NCBI GenBank assembly: GCA_905178155.1
Contig: CAJINV010000017.1
Coordinates: forward strand, 1,596,269 to 1,660,268
Direction of reading: 5' to 3'
DNA length: 64,000 bases
From: Amoebophrya sp. A120
Lineage: Eukaryota > Protista > Dinoflagellata
Below the pieces are notes generated by a model. The model ran no database searches and was not told the DNA's origin. It worked only from the letters and a program-made list of their open reading frames with translations. Below are positions 38,659-52,297 of the stretch, piece after piece; positions within the stretch are counted from its first letter, which is position 1; the number at the start of each line of letters is the position of its first letter. Made by a program: the position numbers and the translations under genes.

Positions 38659-39627
38659 AGGGGAGCAGACGAGGGTGGAGATCGAGCTTTCCGCTGGCTG
38701 CTCTTGATGGTGGTGGATTTCAAAGATGCCTTGCATCTGCTTCATCTTTACACGATGAGCAGACGTTTTCATTTCTCGTGCGAGCGCCACCAGCTACTGC
38801 TGTCTGTTCTTCCTCGTTTTCTTCCGCACATGCATCGTGCAGCAATCCTCGAATTTTTACACGCAGTGGCTTTTTGCGACGAACTCTTTTTCAAATTAAC
38901 AGTAAGCACAGGAATGAGAGTTTTTCAATTCCATTTCACAAGTCGAACGAGGCTACAACGTGTGTAGAGTCTCGTCATCTCCTGGCTTCGATTGCCTGGG
39001 GTTTGTTCCTCGAGGCGCGCGAACGCAGTCTGCTTTCTCGAAAAGATATCTGCAACGGATTTGTTTCGCCGAATGGTCGAAATCGATATAGAAAAGCGAG
39101 ACGGAGGGCGACCTTCATTTTCAGATGAAGCGGTACTAGTTTATTTGAGTGATGATATGAGAGACCAGGCAATTAAGAAGATGAAGTGCAAGTGTCGCGT
39201 GTTTCGTTTTTGGCAGCTACCGCCAAAATATCAAGCCCGATAAAGACGAACATAATTTGAGCCTCGCCCTGATATCAAATCGGGGCACAGCACGTAGAGA
39301 CAAGGACAAGCCGTGAGAGAGAAAACATAGACAGCCTGCTTCGCTTCGTTCGCCGGTATAATTGAGTATGGAATTGGTGCAGGTGGAGGCATTTCCCTCC
39401 TCCTTGAGGAAGGCCAAGGAGTGTGCTCAGACTGGAGAACTCGCAACCAGGCGTAGTAGGCAGAAGATGAAATGGGCTTTGTGGATGAAAGATAGAGCAG
39501 CTGGCGGTCGTTGTAGGTTCGTCTTCGTCATTCATCGAATTTTGATTTAATAATCGCGTAGTTTTCACTAGTTGCATCCTCAGAGCCTCCTGCCATTGGC
39601 ATTGCCAACCACGAGCAAATCAACAAG

Positions 39628-42600
39628 ATGAACACTCGTACCAGCACGTTCTTCTTGCCGCGGCTCGTCTCTACACTAGCGCCTGCAGTCCTCTACTGCA
39701 GGATGGCCGTCGACGTGGGAGCACGCCAGTCTACTTCGGCACGACGAGCGCAGCAAACGCGGGTTCTGCTGGATGCCGCAGCTGAGGACTTGTCTCCTCA
39801 GCAAGATTTGCTCGTCCACCTGGGGGATGACTATGACACAGATAGCACACAGGAGTTGGTGCAGCATGATGTACACGACAAGCCAGCGGAACGATTCAGC
39901 GACGAGCAGCACAGGTCAAGGCTGCAACTGCTTCGCGGTAGGAAATCACATACACATCAAGACGAAGACCAAGAACCTGCAATACCAGAACCAGGCGCAA
40001 GTGACGTCATAACGAAATCTTCGCTACTACTACAACAATATCACCATCTTATTCCGGACGAAACTAAACAACCACAACCAAGAAACAAAGCAAGTGCAGC
40101 CACCAACCCGTTCTCCTCCTTCCAAGAAGCAGGGCAGCAGCAACATTTGGAGCATCTTCGCGCGAAGCTCAAGCCAGAGGACCACTTAGCAGCTCTAAAG
40201 CCCTTGGGTGAGAAGATTCTATCGAGCTGCTTCCCGCGGCCCTCCGAAGAAAACAAAGAGAAAAGGGGCAGAATGACCGACATCACCAGTGCTGGCCATA
40301 CGACCACATCAAACAAAAGAGCGAATGTCGAGATTCAAACGCGCGATCCTCTGACACGACAGCCACGGATCGACTTCGTCACTTTCTGGACGCCGCGCGG
40401 GGGCGACCAGGATTTGAAGCATCAGCTGCGGAGTTTTGGACAGAATGGCTTGCTGTCAAAACTCCGGAAAATTTTCGTTTTGATCCTACCACCACCAGAG
40501 ACAGGACGAGTGGCCACAGAGACAGACGCGGAGGATGAACTACAGGCAAGTGGACCAGAAGATGAAGATCAACATGGCAAACACAAAGAGCACGGTGTTA
40601 ATCTTGATGCAACAGAAGGAAGTACTACAAAAACCATGATGCAAGCGGACGAGGCGGAAATCGACGCGGAAACTGGTTTGTCATTGGACAGAGAGATCAG
40701 AGCCGGAAAGCAAAGCCAGGGCAGCGGCAATGCTCGAAAGCAACAAGATGAAATTGCTAGTGGTAGGACAACGCGAAAAATATCATCATCCTCAAAAACG
40801 ACCTCATCCATTTCAACCGCATCTTCGAAATCAAAGAAGCAAAAGCACTTCGCGATGGAGCGGATGCTGACTGAGCTCCAGCTGCCAAAGTGGCTCGACG
40901 ACCAAGCAGACGAGGCTGTTTTTGAAGTTACCACAGTCGGTGAAAAGGAGACAGATGTGCAGAACGCCAAAAGTTGGGCCCTTTCCCTGCTGCAACGTCG
41001 AAACAGGAAGGAGCGCGAGAAGAACTACAGTGACGCCGATGTTGACAGTGCTGGTAGTACTTCTACAACCGCATCAACCAGCGAGAACTACAAGGACGCC
41101 GCGAGAACAAGTAGAGCATCCTCTTCTAGTAGCTCAAATGCGGTTCTGCCAGCAGCTTCACTCGTTCCAACTATCTCCTTTGTCACGGTGCCACAGTGCG
41201 TGGAAGAGAAGCTGGCCGAGAGCCGCATCCGCTGGGCGCAAATCTGCAAGATGCAGCACATGCACAAGATTCCTGGCCTTTCCGACTGGTTTCTGTGGGG
41301 GCCGGACGACGTGTTTCTGTTTAAGAAATTTCCTTCCTTCGGAACAATTTTTGTGGAGAAGAAAAGTAAAAAGCCCTTTGCCTACTCCAGCGGCAGCTTC
41401 GGTCTCGGCGACTGTCTCGGGGAAAGACCGTTTGGCGAGTTGCACGGCGTGGCGTTGCTGAATAAGTGCGCTCTGACGGAAACTTCTGCGGAGATGGTGA
41501 AAGTAGCGCAAGACAAGGGCAGCACTGGCGCTGAAGGATCTCAACTGCTATCATGGTTGAAACACAAACAGTACGTGTACGGCGATGCCGACCAGAATGT
41601 AGGAGGCAAAATTCTTCATCCCGAACTGAATTCCGTCTGCGTCGCCACGCATGCCATGTTGGAGACTGGTGAAATTTTCGCGAACAAGCACCTGATCAGC
41701 TACGCGGGAAAAAATTCCAATGGCGTCGCCGTCATTGCGGAGTGCCACGTGAACGGGCCCACTTGTCACACCACGCAGTATTTGGAACAAATCCCGACCG
41801 TCTTCGTGAACGTGCAGGGAGACGGGTTCAGTGCGGAGTACCCAAAGTTGGGCGAGAAACTTTCCCAGAAAATAGAACCCTCCGATCGCATCACGAAAAA
41901 GTACTTCGAGAAGAAATTTCCGAACCCTTCGGTATTCGAAAAACAGATCACCGAAAGTGTGTTTTTCGACAAGGAGAAGTTTGAAGTCAAGGATGCTCCG
42001 GACGAAGAAAAGAAGAATAGTCGGATTGTGGAAGCCGAAGCCAGTGTTGGGGGTGGTGTTGAGATTTCCAAGTTGGTGAACAAAAACCAGATGTCGAATC
42101 GACAGCATGTGAAGAAAAGAAAAGTTTTAACGAACCCCTTTGCCCGCGAGTTAGAAAAGCTGGTAGGACGCCGGGAAAAGCTCAGAAAGCAAAGCCAAAG
42201 CCACTCTTCTGTGGAAAAATCGGACCTCCACTCAGGAAAGAATCCTGGCGCAAGACAGCAAAGCCACATTTTTGAAAAGAGACATGCTGTATTCAGGGAA
42301 AATTTGTCACCGTCACCGTTTTGGCATATTCATTTTTTGAGCAAAAAAATTTGAATTTCTGCTGGCTTTGTATGCGTGTCCGTGTCTGCCACATGTTGCA
42401 ACTGCGGCAAGCTAGCTACTGCGTTTCAAGCGCGCTGACCTAGCTCGCTGAAGGTAGTCCCGAAATATCCCAGAACGGCGCTGCCGTTATACAGGCCAAA
42501 GCCGCGGCTCCAGAAGGTCCTTGGCTGGGAGGCTGTCTACTGACACTAGAGCAACCAGATTTCCGTCCGCGGAGGATCGGAATATTGTGGCTGGTCTTGC

Positions 42601-45536
42601 TGGGTTGCCCCTCAGCATCTCGGGCACATCTTACTCCTTGACGAAAGACCTTCAGCAAAGGACCTCCACAACCCGTGAAAAAAAGGCAATTTTTTGAGCA
42701 AATTAACCGACGACCTGGTGACAAATCTCGAAAATCGTGCATTTTGCACGGTATGGTGGACTCTGGGAGCCCAAAATCGGAACTGGTGACAAATGCCAGA
42801 AATTTTGCATTTTGCGCGGTATGGTGGACGATTGCGCACTGATCAAAAATTCTTGCAGCTGCAAGAATTTTTGGTCCGTGCGCAATCGTCCACCATACCT
42901 TGCAAAATGCAAGAATTTGCTGATTTGTCACCAGTAACAAATCTGGCTCGGAAACGTCCACCATACCGTGCAAAGTGTAAAACTTCTGGGATTTGTCACC
43001 AGGTGGTCGTTAAATTTGCTTAAAATTTTGCTGCTTTTTTCTGGGTTCTGGAGGTCCTTTGCCGGAGGCCTTTCGTCAAGGAGTGACAAGGGCCCGACAT
43101 TCCGAGGAGCAACCCAACATCGCAAGCCGCACCATGCAGAAGGCCCCCCAGCAAGGGTCGAGCCCCTATGCGCCAGCAGCCAGCCTCCTCGCAACGGACC
43201 TTCTGGAGCCGCGTCTTTGGTCTGTACGACGGCAAAGCCATTCCGGGGCGCTTCTGGATTGCGTTCAACTACACGGGCCACCATGCTCGAAGTGTAATGC
43301 CTCGCGGGCCACATTTGCAACAACTGATCAATATGGGCATGTGTGGGATATCAGGAAAAAATCAAATTTTTTGGGTCGGAAAATGAATATGCCAAAACGG
43401 TGACGGTGGCAAATTTTCCCTGAATATGCTGCTTCCACCTCTCATCCTGAGTTTCTGGAGCAGCAGGAACAAACGGAAACGCAGGCAGCGGGCGCAACTA
43501 GAAAAGTCTCTTCCTCCGAGAAAATGAGAATGCAGAACCAGCTCCGGCTCCTCAACCGCGAAAAGCAAAAGGAGCTGCAAACAACGCAAGGAAATAAAGC
43601 GATGACCAACGACCTGTTCAATTCGAAACTGCAACACACCGCGTCGTCGTCGAAAAAAAAGTCGTCGGAGTTCCATTGTTGGATCAAGAACGAGGCAGAC
43701 AGTAACCGCACGGCCACCTCCATCGGCCACTCGTGCCTCGACCACACCGAGGAAGCCAGCTGCAACGGTGACGCGCTGTGCATCTGGCAGACCCACCCGC
43801 GGATGTGGCGCGAGTGCGCGTGGGCGAGTGAACACAAGGAGAAGCAAGTGGCGAACTCAGGCACGGCAGAGGATGAGGAATACTATGTGGACGAGGAATG
43901 CATGGGGCTGTGCAAAGACTGGTATTCGATGTGCTTTGGCTTGAACGACAACGACATGTGCGACTGGAATAATTTCGAGGAGTGTCGAAACGAGGAAGAT
44001 ACCTGCTACGAGGCCGGGCGGACCTGGGTCGAGACCTGCGGCGCACGGAATGCGCACACAGCATTAACCAAATTTTCTGCTGGGTACGTGGAAGACGCAG
44101 CGCAGTGGCTGTGCGCGGACGACGAAGAACCAGTTTTGACCATAGAGCATATGCAATCACAAATTTCAATAAACCGTGCACAGACATGACTACAAATGTA
44201 CCATCCAATACGCATGACAATTTTTTGTTGCTATGCTGCTACTACACCTTTGTTTCAGATATGAATATGCTAATCGAATTTGGTGATGCTGAATCATTGA
44301 AAAATATCTTGCAGAAATTCATGGCTGCCAATACTAGCTCAGACGGACACCATGCACGTTGCAAATTTTCATTGGATAAAGAACCTCTGCAGCCCCCAGC
44401 TGCAAGCGACGGACGAGAATTGCAAGGCGCAATGTATGGAGAAGCTGCAATTTTGCTTCGACGAAAGCGATGTGAATGCGCACGTGGACTTGCTGGGAAA
44501 AATGAACACCTGCACTTTCTGGTCGCAGGAATGCCACTGCAAAGTACGCGATAGAAAATGCATTATACCTTTTACGAGGACAACGTACAAAAGGCTTTGC
44601 AAATTATTCAAATTTAACGTTAATGTTGGAAGTTTTCCGAATGAAAATGACATTTGTATGTGTCGACAATCTTCGGCGACGACGAGATGAAGTTGAGGAG
44701 GCCTGTCATGCATGGTTAGCTGCACCATTGGTTTGATTTGTTTTTGTACGTACTCGCCAAGTATGGGATCAGCATTTTTTTCTTCTGCATACGAGGCCGA
44801 AGCGTACCACACCACCGGGAGCGGGTCGCAGCGGTGTGTTTCGGATGGGGAGATGTCGATGTACGAGTTCCAGCTCGCGGTCTTAGTTAACCCCGAAACC
44901 GACATTGCCGCCATCAACGCGCAGTGCCCAGACACGACCATTGCGCAGCCGGACGCGCGGTGTCCCGCACCGGCCCTGGAGGATGAGGGAGGCTCGAGCA
45001 ATGTCGCGGCGGTCTCGATTGGGTGTCTGTTGGTCGCGACGTTACTCATGATCGGTTGGGGATTTGCGACGGGAATGTTGAAGCTGGGCGACGGAGCGAC
45101 CACCGGAGCAGGGGAGGGGGGAGACGAGCTGGCGGGCGAGGAGAAGGGAACAGCTGACGCAAGTCCAAGTGCAGAAAAAAATGCGGACGAGGCTAAAGCG
45201 GATGATAGTGCAGCAGCGGCCACAGCTGCAAAGGCGGAACATCAGGAGCCGAAACCCCCAGATGAACAAGAAGAAACAAAACAGCCGGCGGTAGACAACA
45301 AGGGTCCGACGGGGGATGATGCGGTGGATGAGGCAATCACCGAGGCGATCGAGGACGCAGCGGACAAAGAGAAAGAGAAAGCCGCAGCCGAGGGGACGAC
45401 ACCAGCGCCCGCGGAAGCAGGAGCAGCGGCTGGGGAAACGGCGGCTACGGCGGAAACGCCGGCTACAGCGGAAACACCGGCTACAGCGGAAACACCGGCT
45501 CCGGTAGCGGATGGAGAGGCACCACCAGCGTCGTGA
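39628..45536 (+). CDS. Stealth-family sugar-1-phosphotransferase with Cys-rich region and C-terminal TM segment
   Basis: Stealth-like CR1 IDFVTFW, CR2 LKHQLRS..MHKIPGLSDWFLWGPDDVFL, CR4 YFEKKFPNPSVFE. Removing the elements at 42290, 44150 and 44545 joins ORFs 39628, 43524, 44352 and 44712 in frame. Confidence 0.8.
42290..43426. mobile_element. 1,137-bp foldback introner
   Basis: TIR TATTCAGGGAAAATTTG[T/C]CACCGTCACCGTTTTGGCATATTCATTTT, TSD TGCTG. Central palindrome AAAAATTCTTGCAG|CTGCAAGAATTTTT at 42858/9. Confidence 0.95.
44150..44378. mobile_element. Degenerate introner
   Basis: TATGCAATCACAAATTTCAA...TTGCAAATTTTCATTGGATA, eroded TSD GAGCA/AAGAA. Removal restores ..TIEH-LCSPQ.. Confidence 0.75.
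44545..44791. mobile_element. Degenerate introner coinciding with GT-AG intron 44544-44795
   Basis: TACGCGATAGAAAATGC...GCATTTTTTTCTTCTGCATA, eroded TSD CAAAG/CGAGG. Confidence 0.6.
45432..45500 (+). repeat. Coding 18-bp tandem repeat (AETPAT)
   Basis: GCGGAAAC[G/A]CCGGCTACA-like unit repeated about 3.5 times. Confidence 0.8.
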
Positions 45537-46126
45537 TGCTAAAGATTATGATGTGTCGTGAAGGTGTGCTGCTGCTGAGACTGAGTATAAAGCGTACGTC
45601 GAGAACTTTTGATGTCGTTTCGATATCGATTTAGACGTTTCAGATTCATTACTCACACAAAGATGAACGGAAGTTGTTGCAAACCCCGGCGATGACGAAG
45701 TAAAAAGTATGCGTAGTTTCAACTTGTGTAGTTTCCACTTGTTTTCCCAGAAACTACTAGACACCGCGAAGGCAACATCAGACTAGTGGACGGCTAGGCG
45801 AATCGCCTGGGTGTTCATTTTTTTTCATTTGTATAGCCGAGAAGTCTTGTTCTCATGAACACAGTAAGCTTCTCCACACAAAATCAGATTGAAAACAACC
45901 ACTAGCCGAGCAGTACAATTTCAATTACAAATCAGGTCTCACCGCGCACCGCCCCCGATTCGTTAGAATACAATTTCCCGGCTCCTCCCTCTTTAATTTC
46001 TGCCTCTACCCATAATTGCAACTCGTTATTTGTGTAGCTTACTTTAGCACTCAACTTCTTATCGCTTCCCTCCACAAGAAGAACCACCGCCCCGCTTGGA
46101 CCATATTATTTTGTATTTTTTCGTAA

Positions 46127-47322
46127 TGGCCGCCCTTGGCGTCTTTGCTTCGTGCCGCGACACCGCGGGAGATGCGGACGACGAGGCTTGGATGGCCTGG
46201 CTGCAGCCCGTAAGGGACGCGTTTCTGTTCTTCGAGAAACAGAAAACGTCAAACGTGTCGACAGCAGGGAGCAATAGAAGTGCTACTGCTGGTGGTGCAG
46301 TATCACCATCTCCCAGCACGACAGCGTCCAACGCGAGCTCCTCTTCCTCCTCCACCGCTCCACCTGTAGCCAGACCGTCCGCAAAGTGGGAGATCGCATA
46401 TCGCAGAAAACGCGACGGCGGAGACTTGCGGAACATCGGAACTGTTGCGGTGAACGCAGCTGCTGCGCACCAGAATGGAAGAAACTACGGCGCAGGAGCT
46501 GGTGGTGCACCAGCTCCTACAAGTACTACTAGATCGCAACCCTTAATGGTCGCCATGAGATATGCGATGGATCCCTATCTCCTGTCCATGAATGGTGACG
46601 GCGAAGACGCCGGTGACGCAAATAACCAGCCGTCCGGGATCTGTGGCTTCGTGACGGATTTTGTCTGGCCGGCGGATATTTTGCCAGAGGAGGTGGAAAC
46701 AGCCCCGGGTGAGGACACTCCTGCAGATAGGAATGATGTCGCGCCGCCGGACCAACCACCACAACAGCAAGTGAGCCAGCACCAGGAGCAAGCGACGCAG
46801 AGTTTCGGCGGCATCGAAAATTGCTACTGCTTTGGCCCGGTGAACCGGAAAATCAAGGTTTGGCAGGGAGAAGACCCCTTCGCAAACAGCTACTACGACG
46901 AGGACGATCCGCTGTCGCAACCGCCGAAAGCCGTGCGGTTTGCGGTGAAGCAAGGCTTAGTGGTCGGCGGGTCGAACACCGGCTCGATGCTGGTGTTGTC
47001 CCCGGATCTGACGTTAGCCGCGTCAGGCCCTTCATCGGTCTTCCCAACAAGGAAACGGAAGGAAGCGCTTGACGGAACCCAGAACAACGTTGGCTTCAAC
47101 GTCTTGGATGTTGCGGTGCTCAAATTAGTGGTAAAAGAAGAGTACAGCTATGGTGGAAACGGACCGAATTCGAACACCTCTGGCTTCGACCAATTTGGGA
47201 GGTACTCAACGGAGGAAGACCCGGGGCCCACGGCGGAGCAGGAGAACCAGAACGCTTTCATGTTGAATTTTATCTCCTCTGCGACAAGGAATCAGGCTGT
47301 AAACAGAAACTATTTTGGATAA
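46127..47322 (+). CDS. Hypothetical protein
   Basis: ~400-codon ORF with coding-like composition. No domain recognised. Confidence 0.55.
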
Positions 47323-47982
47323 AAGGAGCTACTTGTTGCTTTGATTGATGACACCGAACTGTTTTTCTGGTAGACGTGGATCATGAAGTGTTGAGGCAAT
47401 CATTGTCATACCGGACGTCTCCGTAGTACGAGAAATACACGGACGGACCCGACTTTTCGTACGAGGTTTTGCGCTCCTTTTCAAAACAGAGAGAGGGACG
47501 ACGAGGCGCATTTTCGCGCAGTTCACAGCGAGACAGGCGTTTTCTCTTTTTTCAAACCGAGTGCTCTCGGTGGCGTTTGCTTTTTTTTTGTTTCTTGAAG
47601 CACAGAGAGCGTCGAGTGCAAGAATTTCTACGTGGCACCAGCGAGACCGAGACGAGATGGAAAACACGAACGCAAGAGCTACAGGGTTTGTTCTCACATC
47701 TGCCTGAAAAGTGTGCCTCAGTTTCCTGAGGTGACGCCACAATTTCGCTCCAGGTTGTTCACGTACGTGTTTTGGGCTACTTCTAGTAGTGTAATTCTAG
47801 TAGTGTGACTTTTCCCCCGCCGCGGAAAAGTATCCACACCCACGACTCCAGTTCGTTGTACATGTACATGTACTGATTTAGACTTACTAACAACTTAATC
47901 CATAACTACTATCGTTCGATCTCCACCACCAATCTATGACATCTCCAGTTTCGCACACCCTATTTGTTCCCGCCTTCTCGTC

Positions 47983-50470
47983 ATGGATCCTCCCGTACCC
48001 CGTCGGCCGACCACCGCGACGAGGGCCACTCGTATTCCCATCCACAACACGAATGGTGAGGACAGACAGAAAGAGAGTGTCGCGGGCTTCTTGCCTGCGA
48101 CTGGCACAACTTTCCCGGCGACAAGTACGAATGCACCCTCTGCTATATTTTCCTCCTCCTCTACGTCTACCTCGACCGGTGCTATTTCATCCAGCAGCGC
48201 AATCTCGTCTTCCATCCAAACGACGGCCACCTACGGAACTTTGCGCCACCGCTTCCATCAACCGGGGAGGCAGAGGGGAAGCAATTTTGAACCAGGAGGC
48301 CGAAATGCAGGAGCGGGTAATATCGCCACCACCGCGGCGCACCACATATTCAAAAGTCTCGGGAGCAACGACGAGGAGGTGCTGGGAGCCTGTTATGGCG
48401 AGGGAGAGTATTCGTGTTTGTTTTTCTGCTTCTCTTGGAATGTTAGAAGTGTGTTGCTTAATATTTCATGCTGCAACTACAAGAGCGTCAGCGTTTTCGT
48501 TTACTAGTCGACCACCACCCTCGTCTGTTGCAGGAAAACAAGTTTCTTTAACGCTATCACAGGTGGCGGCACGCGACCGACCTGTACTACTACATTTCGC
48601 AGACCGTGATCTGGACCTTTGTGATCGACTTCTACGTCTTCATGGTCCTAGTGCGCTACTACCTCTACTCCTTCGTCTCTTCGATCTCTCTACCAAAACT
48701 CTCTTCTCTCTTTGGTTTTTGGCCGTTTGTGTCTACTTCGACGACGGTAGTTTCATCATCGACCACAATGTCCTCTTCCACCACAACAACCCCTTCCCCA
48801 AACCCTTCCTGCGACGGCGACGACTACCTGGCAACGTGGTTGAAAATAGGGCTCATCGGGTCCCTCCCCACCACCATATCCTGTGCAAAAGTATCGTACT
48901 CGTATAAATGCATTACAAATTTCCTCAGCATGAGAAAAATTTGTAATGCAGATTTCCCTTGGAAACAAGATTTGTAATGCAAGAGTTGCATTTGTACGAG
49001 TACGATACTTTTGCACAGGATACACCATCCTGGTCGACAACATCGTGCGGAAAACCACTTTCCGCACTGCTTTCGTCTGGGAATGTTTTTTCACCATGTG
49101 CGGAATCGTCTGGTACTGCACCGGGATGGCGCTTGTTTTTTCCTACGCGCCGCTATCAAATGCAAAAATGTCTGGGTCTGGAAGATTCCGAGACTCATTT
49201 GTCATGCAGTTTTTCCAAGGTCCCTGAGCTCTGGAATGCGGGGCCTAGCATCACAGGTTCTGCAGCCCCTTCGTGATGCCTATACTGCATGAGAAATGCC
49301 CTCTCAGCATGGCCAGAAGTGAGTACCTTTTGCCAGTCATGCAACACACATGTTTTTTGTGCCGTACGATCCGCAACTCGCATCACAAATTGGAATCCTT
49401 CCAGACCCAGACACTTTTGCAATGCATAGCCGCCGGACGACGACGAAAGTTACGCTGCGTCGTTCAGATTCGGAGCAAATGGAGCCGGGCACCTGGTAGA
49501 TAGTGGATCCACTTCAGCAGGACAAATGGCACAAGATCTTTCACCTGACCTCCCACAGGACCTTTGCCAAAGCATGCTCTGGACCACTGCGATGGGCGTC
49601 ACGGCGCTGCACGCGACGTCCTTCACACTCTTCACCACTTTTAGCCTCGCAACAACGTTACTACCGTCGCTGTTGAAGCTGTTGCTGCGGGTGCTGTTTC
49701 TCGGGCCAGGAGAGAAGAAGAGTAAGAAGGGCAAAGAGGAGCAGGAACTGGCTGACGAAGTGGATGTAGATGAGTTGGTCGACCAAGATGAAGAACTAGT
49801 ACATCAGCGCACTTTACAGCATGACACCGCAGGGGGCGGAGGCGAGAACGGTGAAGGCGCCGCAGAGAGACACTTCCAAGAGAAACATAGACGAAATTAT
49901 AGTAGACCCGGAGCGGCGAGGGGGCCGAGTGCAGCTCTTGTTGACAGAAAAACCCTTCTGAGGAGACCACCGCCGGGGAAAACTACACATGAAGTTGGAA
50001 TTACTGGATCTCGATCTCGAATCGGGGGAACAATAGCGACGCCGACGCCGGATCAGCACGCTCATCACCCAAAAATCGGCTCACGTCCACCGACCGGACC
50101 CATAAAGCAGCCACAGCTAAGGCCGAGAACCGCGGATGATGGGCTGTTTGGCGATCAGACTGTGCTGTTTGGCGATCAGACAGGAGCAACATCTTCCGGA
50201 AAGATCATGTCACCAGGGGAGCAAGGCAGCACGATGACTGATGAAACAATGGCGTCTACTACGCAGCAGTCCACTAGGGTAGGGTCGTCCGTCGGGACGA
50301 CCACCGGTTCTGGACGTACACCTTCTGATCCGCCGTCTTCAGGCCACCAAAGAGTATCTCTCAATGGGCAGCAACCATTTGGATTTGTTACCGTGTCGAG
50401 TAGTTCCTCCAGAATAACGCCGGATTTGCCACGGAGGCTGTTTGTTACCGCACAGGAGGATCGGGTTTGA
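47983..50470 (+). CDS. Multi-pass membrane hypothetical protein
   Basis: GT-AG intron 48408-48562 plus introners at 48877 and 49154 join ORFs 47983, 48606 and 49526. Several hydrophobic segments. Confidence 0.7.
48877..49022. mobile_element. Introner, family F1 (opposite orientation to 10740)
   Basis: Perfect 28-bp TIR TATCCTGTGCAAAAGTATCGTACTCGTA, TSD CACCA. Confidence 0.95.
49154..49428. mobile_element. Introner, family F2
   Basis: TATCAAATGCAAAAATGTCTGGGTCTGGAAG...CTTCCAGACCCAGACACTTTTGCAATGCATA, TSD GCCGC. Confidence 0.92.
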
Positions 50471-52297
50471 AGTAGCAGTAGTACGACATAGAAATGAGGA
50501 TGAGACTCAGACGGCCACTCGGCCCAAGAGGACGTGGACGCCGGCGCTGCAGTTGCATAATTCATCAACACGACCTTTTTTTCTTTCTCCGTCCTCTCGC
50601 ACTTTCTCTCACTCCGGAAGTTAGAAAAATGTCTACATGGTCGACGACCATGTCAATGTGCATAGAAATAGAACCTCTTTTTTTGTTTCAGCATTTCATT
50701 TTAACTTTTCACGTTTCAAACGAACCATTTTCGTGCTCTGGTGACAAAACAAACACTTATACAAAAATGAACAATCTTGCTGGTCATCAACAGAGGATGC
50801 TTTGCGTTTCTGCGTTCCCACTCTGAAACAACGTTAATCTTCGACATAGGCGGTGTACAAGCTTCTGCATGCGTGAGAGCTGCCACACAGGGACTCCCAA
50901 AGAAGCAGGACGATACTTTTTACGTTCCGGGTCTTCCCTCGGTGCTGTCAACAAATTGATTGATGCTTTTCTAAAAAGTAAGTCAGGGGGGCCACCGGCA
51001 AAACGAAAAGGGGTGACGAGGAGGAGGGCGACAAGAGAGCAAAACCGCGCGGACAAAGCTGAAATGAGTGCGAGTGGACGAGAGACCACCGGCTGAAGCA
51101 AACTCATTCTTTAATGTTGAATGCACGGGCTCAACAACGCAAACTGCGTTCAGGGTGGGAGCGAGCGTGAAGACGTAGATGTCGTCTACTAGCGCATGAG
51201 TGCCGACAAAGTTCCAGATCTGGTCTAGTAGTAGTACTCAAGAAGCGACGTGTAGCGAAGATTTTTTTTTCGTCGCTCTCTCAGCGAGGACGACGAGGCG
51301 AGCCAGGATATTTGAGGTTGAAAGCAGGTAAAAAGCTGAAGCTGTGCCTGCTGCGCTCGAAAGACCACATCAACGAGAATGACTTAATTTCATAGGTCGA
51401 TGCCTGTAAGTCCAAATTGTAGCATATGCATTAATTCTACCGGCGCCTTGTTCTGCATGATAATGATTGAGCCGAGAACAAGAGACAGAGGGGACTCAAC
51501 GCCATGATTTGTCCGCAGATTCACTTCTTGGAAGGCAAGAAGTTCCATACATGATTCGTTTGCGTATTTTGAAAAATGATTCATGAATTCGCTGTAGCTG
51601 TATGCCTCCACCTCGCAACCGATTCGTGATGAGTTTGTTATTTTTCCTTCAAGATTGCAACTCCAAAATGCCAATGCCAAACGACGTATCCGATAATTTT
51701 AATTCGTATGGTCTAATTTCTTAACTGACACGTACGAAGACCACCACTTCTATTTCGCGTTGCGATCAAAGGATCGCGTGGCTGCGAGATGCTGCTTTTA
51801 AGTGGTAGCAGTTAGGGTCTCTTCACTACTTCTTTTAGCTTATCCTAGTACTTCTTCCAATTCTAGTACCACGACTTCCGTTGTATGTTGGTCTTTTTAC
51901 TCCTTTCAACAAATACCGCAAAGCCAAGTAAAGCTTTTTTTAATAAAGATTTGGCTAATTATTTCCGCACCTGGACCTACCTCGCTCGCGACGTATAGCA
52001 TCACAATAATGTTTGGCCAACTACTTCTGCTATCGCTAACGTAACCCGCTGGTACAGCTGGAGCTCGCACCTACTTTTAATACGATCCATTTACTTAACC
52101 CTGGCAGCAGCCGCGACATCATGCTACTCAATTTGCTAGTATCTGAGTTCGTCGCTCGCTGGTCGTCGTGTGTGTGCAGGTCCTAGCACCCTGCTGCTCT
52201 TCCCTTTACTCCTTGAGGAGGGACTACGACTAAAGCCGCCTGAAATTCCTGATCCCAGCTCGTCAATCCGAACGTACTAGTAGCTACAGCCGCCACG

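Noticed and set aside
37788-38790. Long minus-strand ORFs (also 5473-6225, 44369-45223, 63110-63733)
   Set aside because: Antisense shadows of GC3-rich + strand genes.
42440-43403. Protein-coding ORFs inside the foldback element
   Set aside because: Mirror-image peptides on both strands arise from the palindrome. No transposase signature.
44125-44385. AAGAACC direct repeat as the boundary of the 44150 intron
   Set aside because: Joining there gives the wrong frame. The TAT..ATA boundaries at 44150/44378 give the Cys-rich frame.
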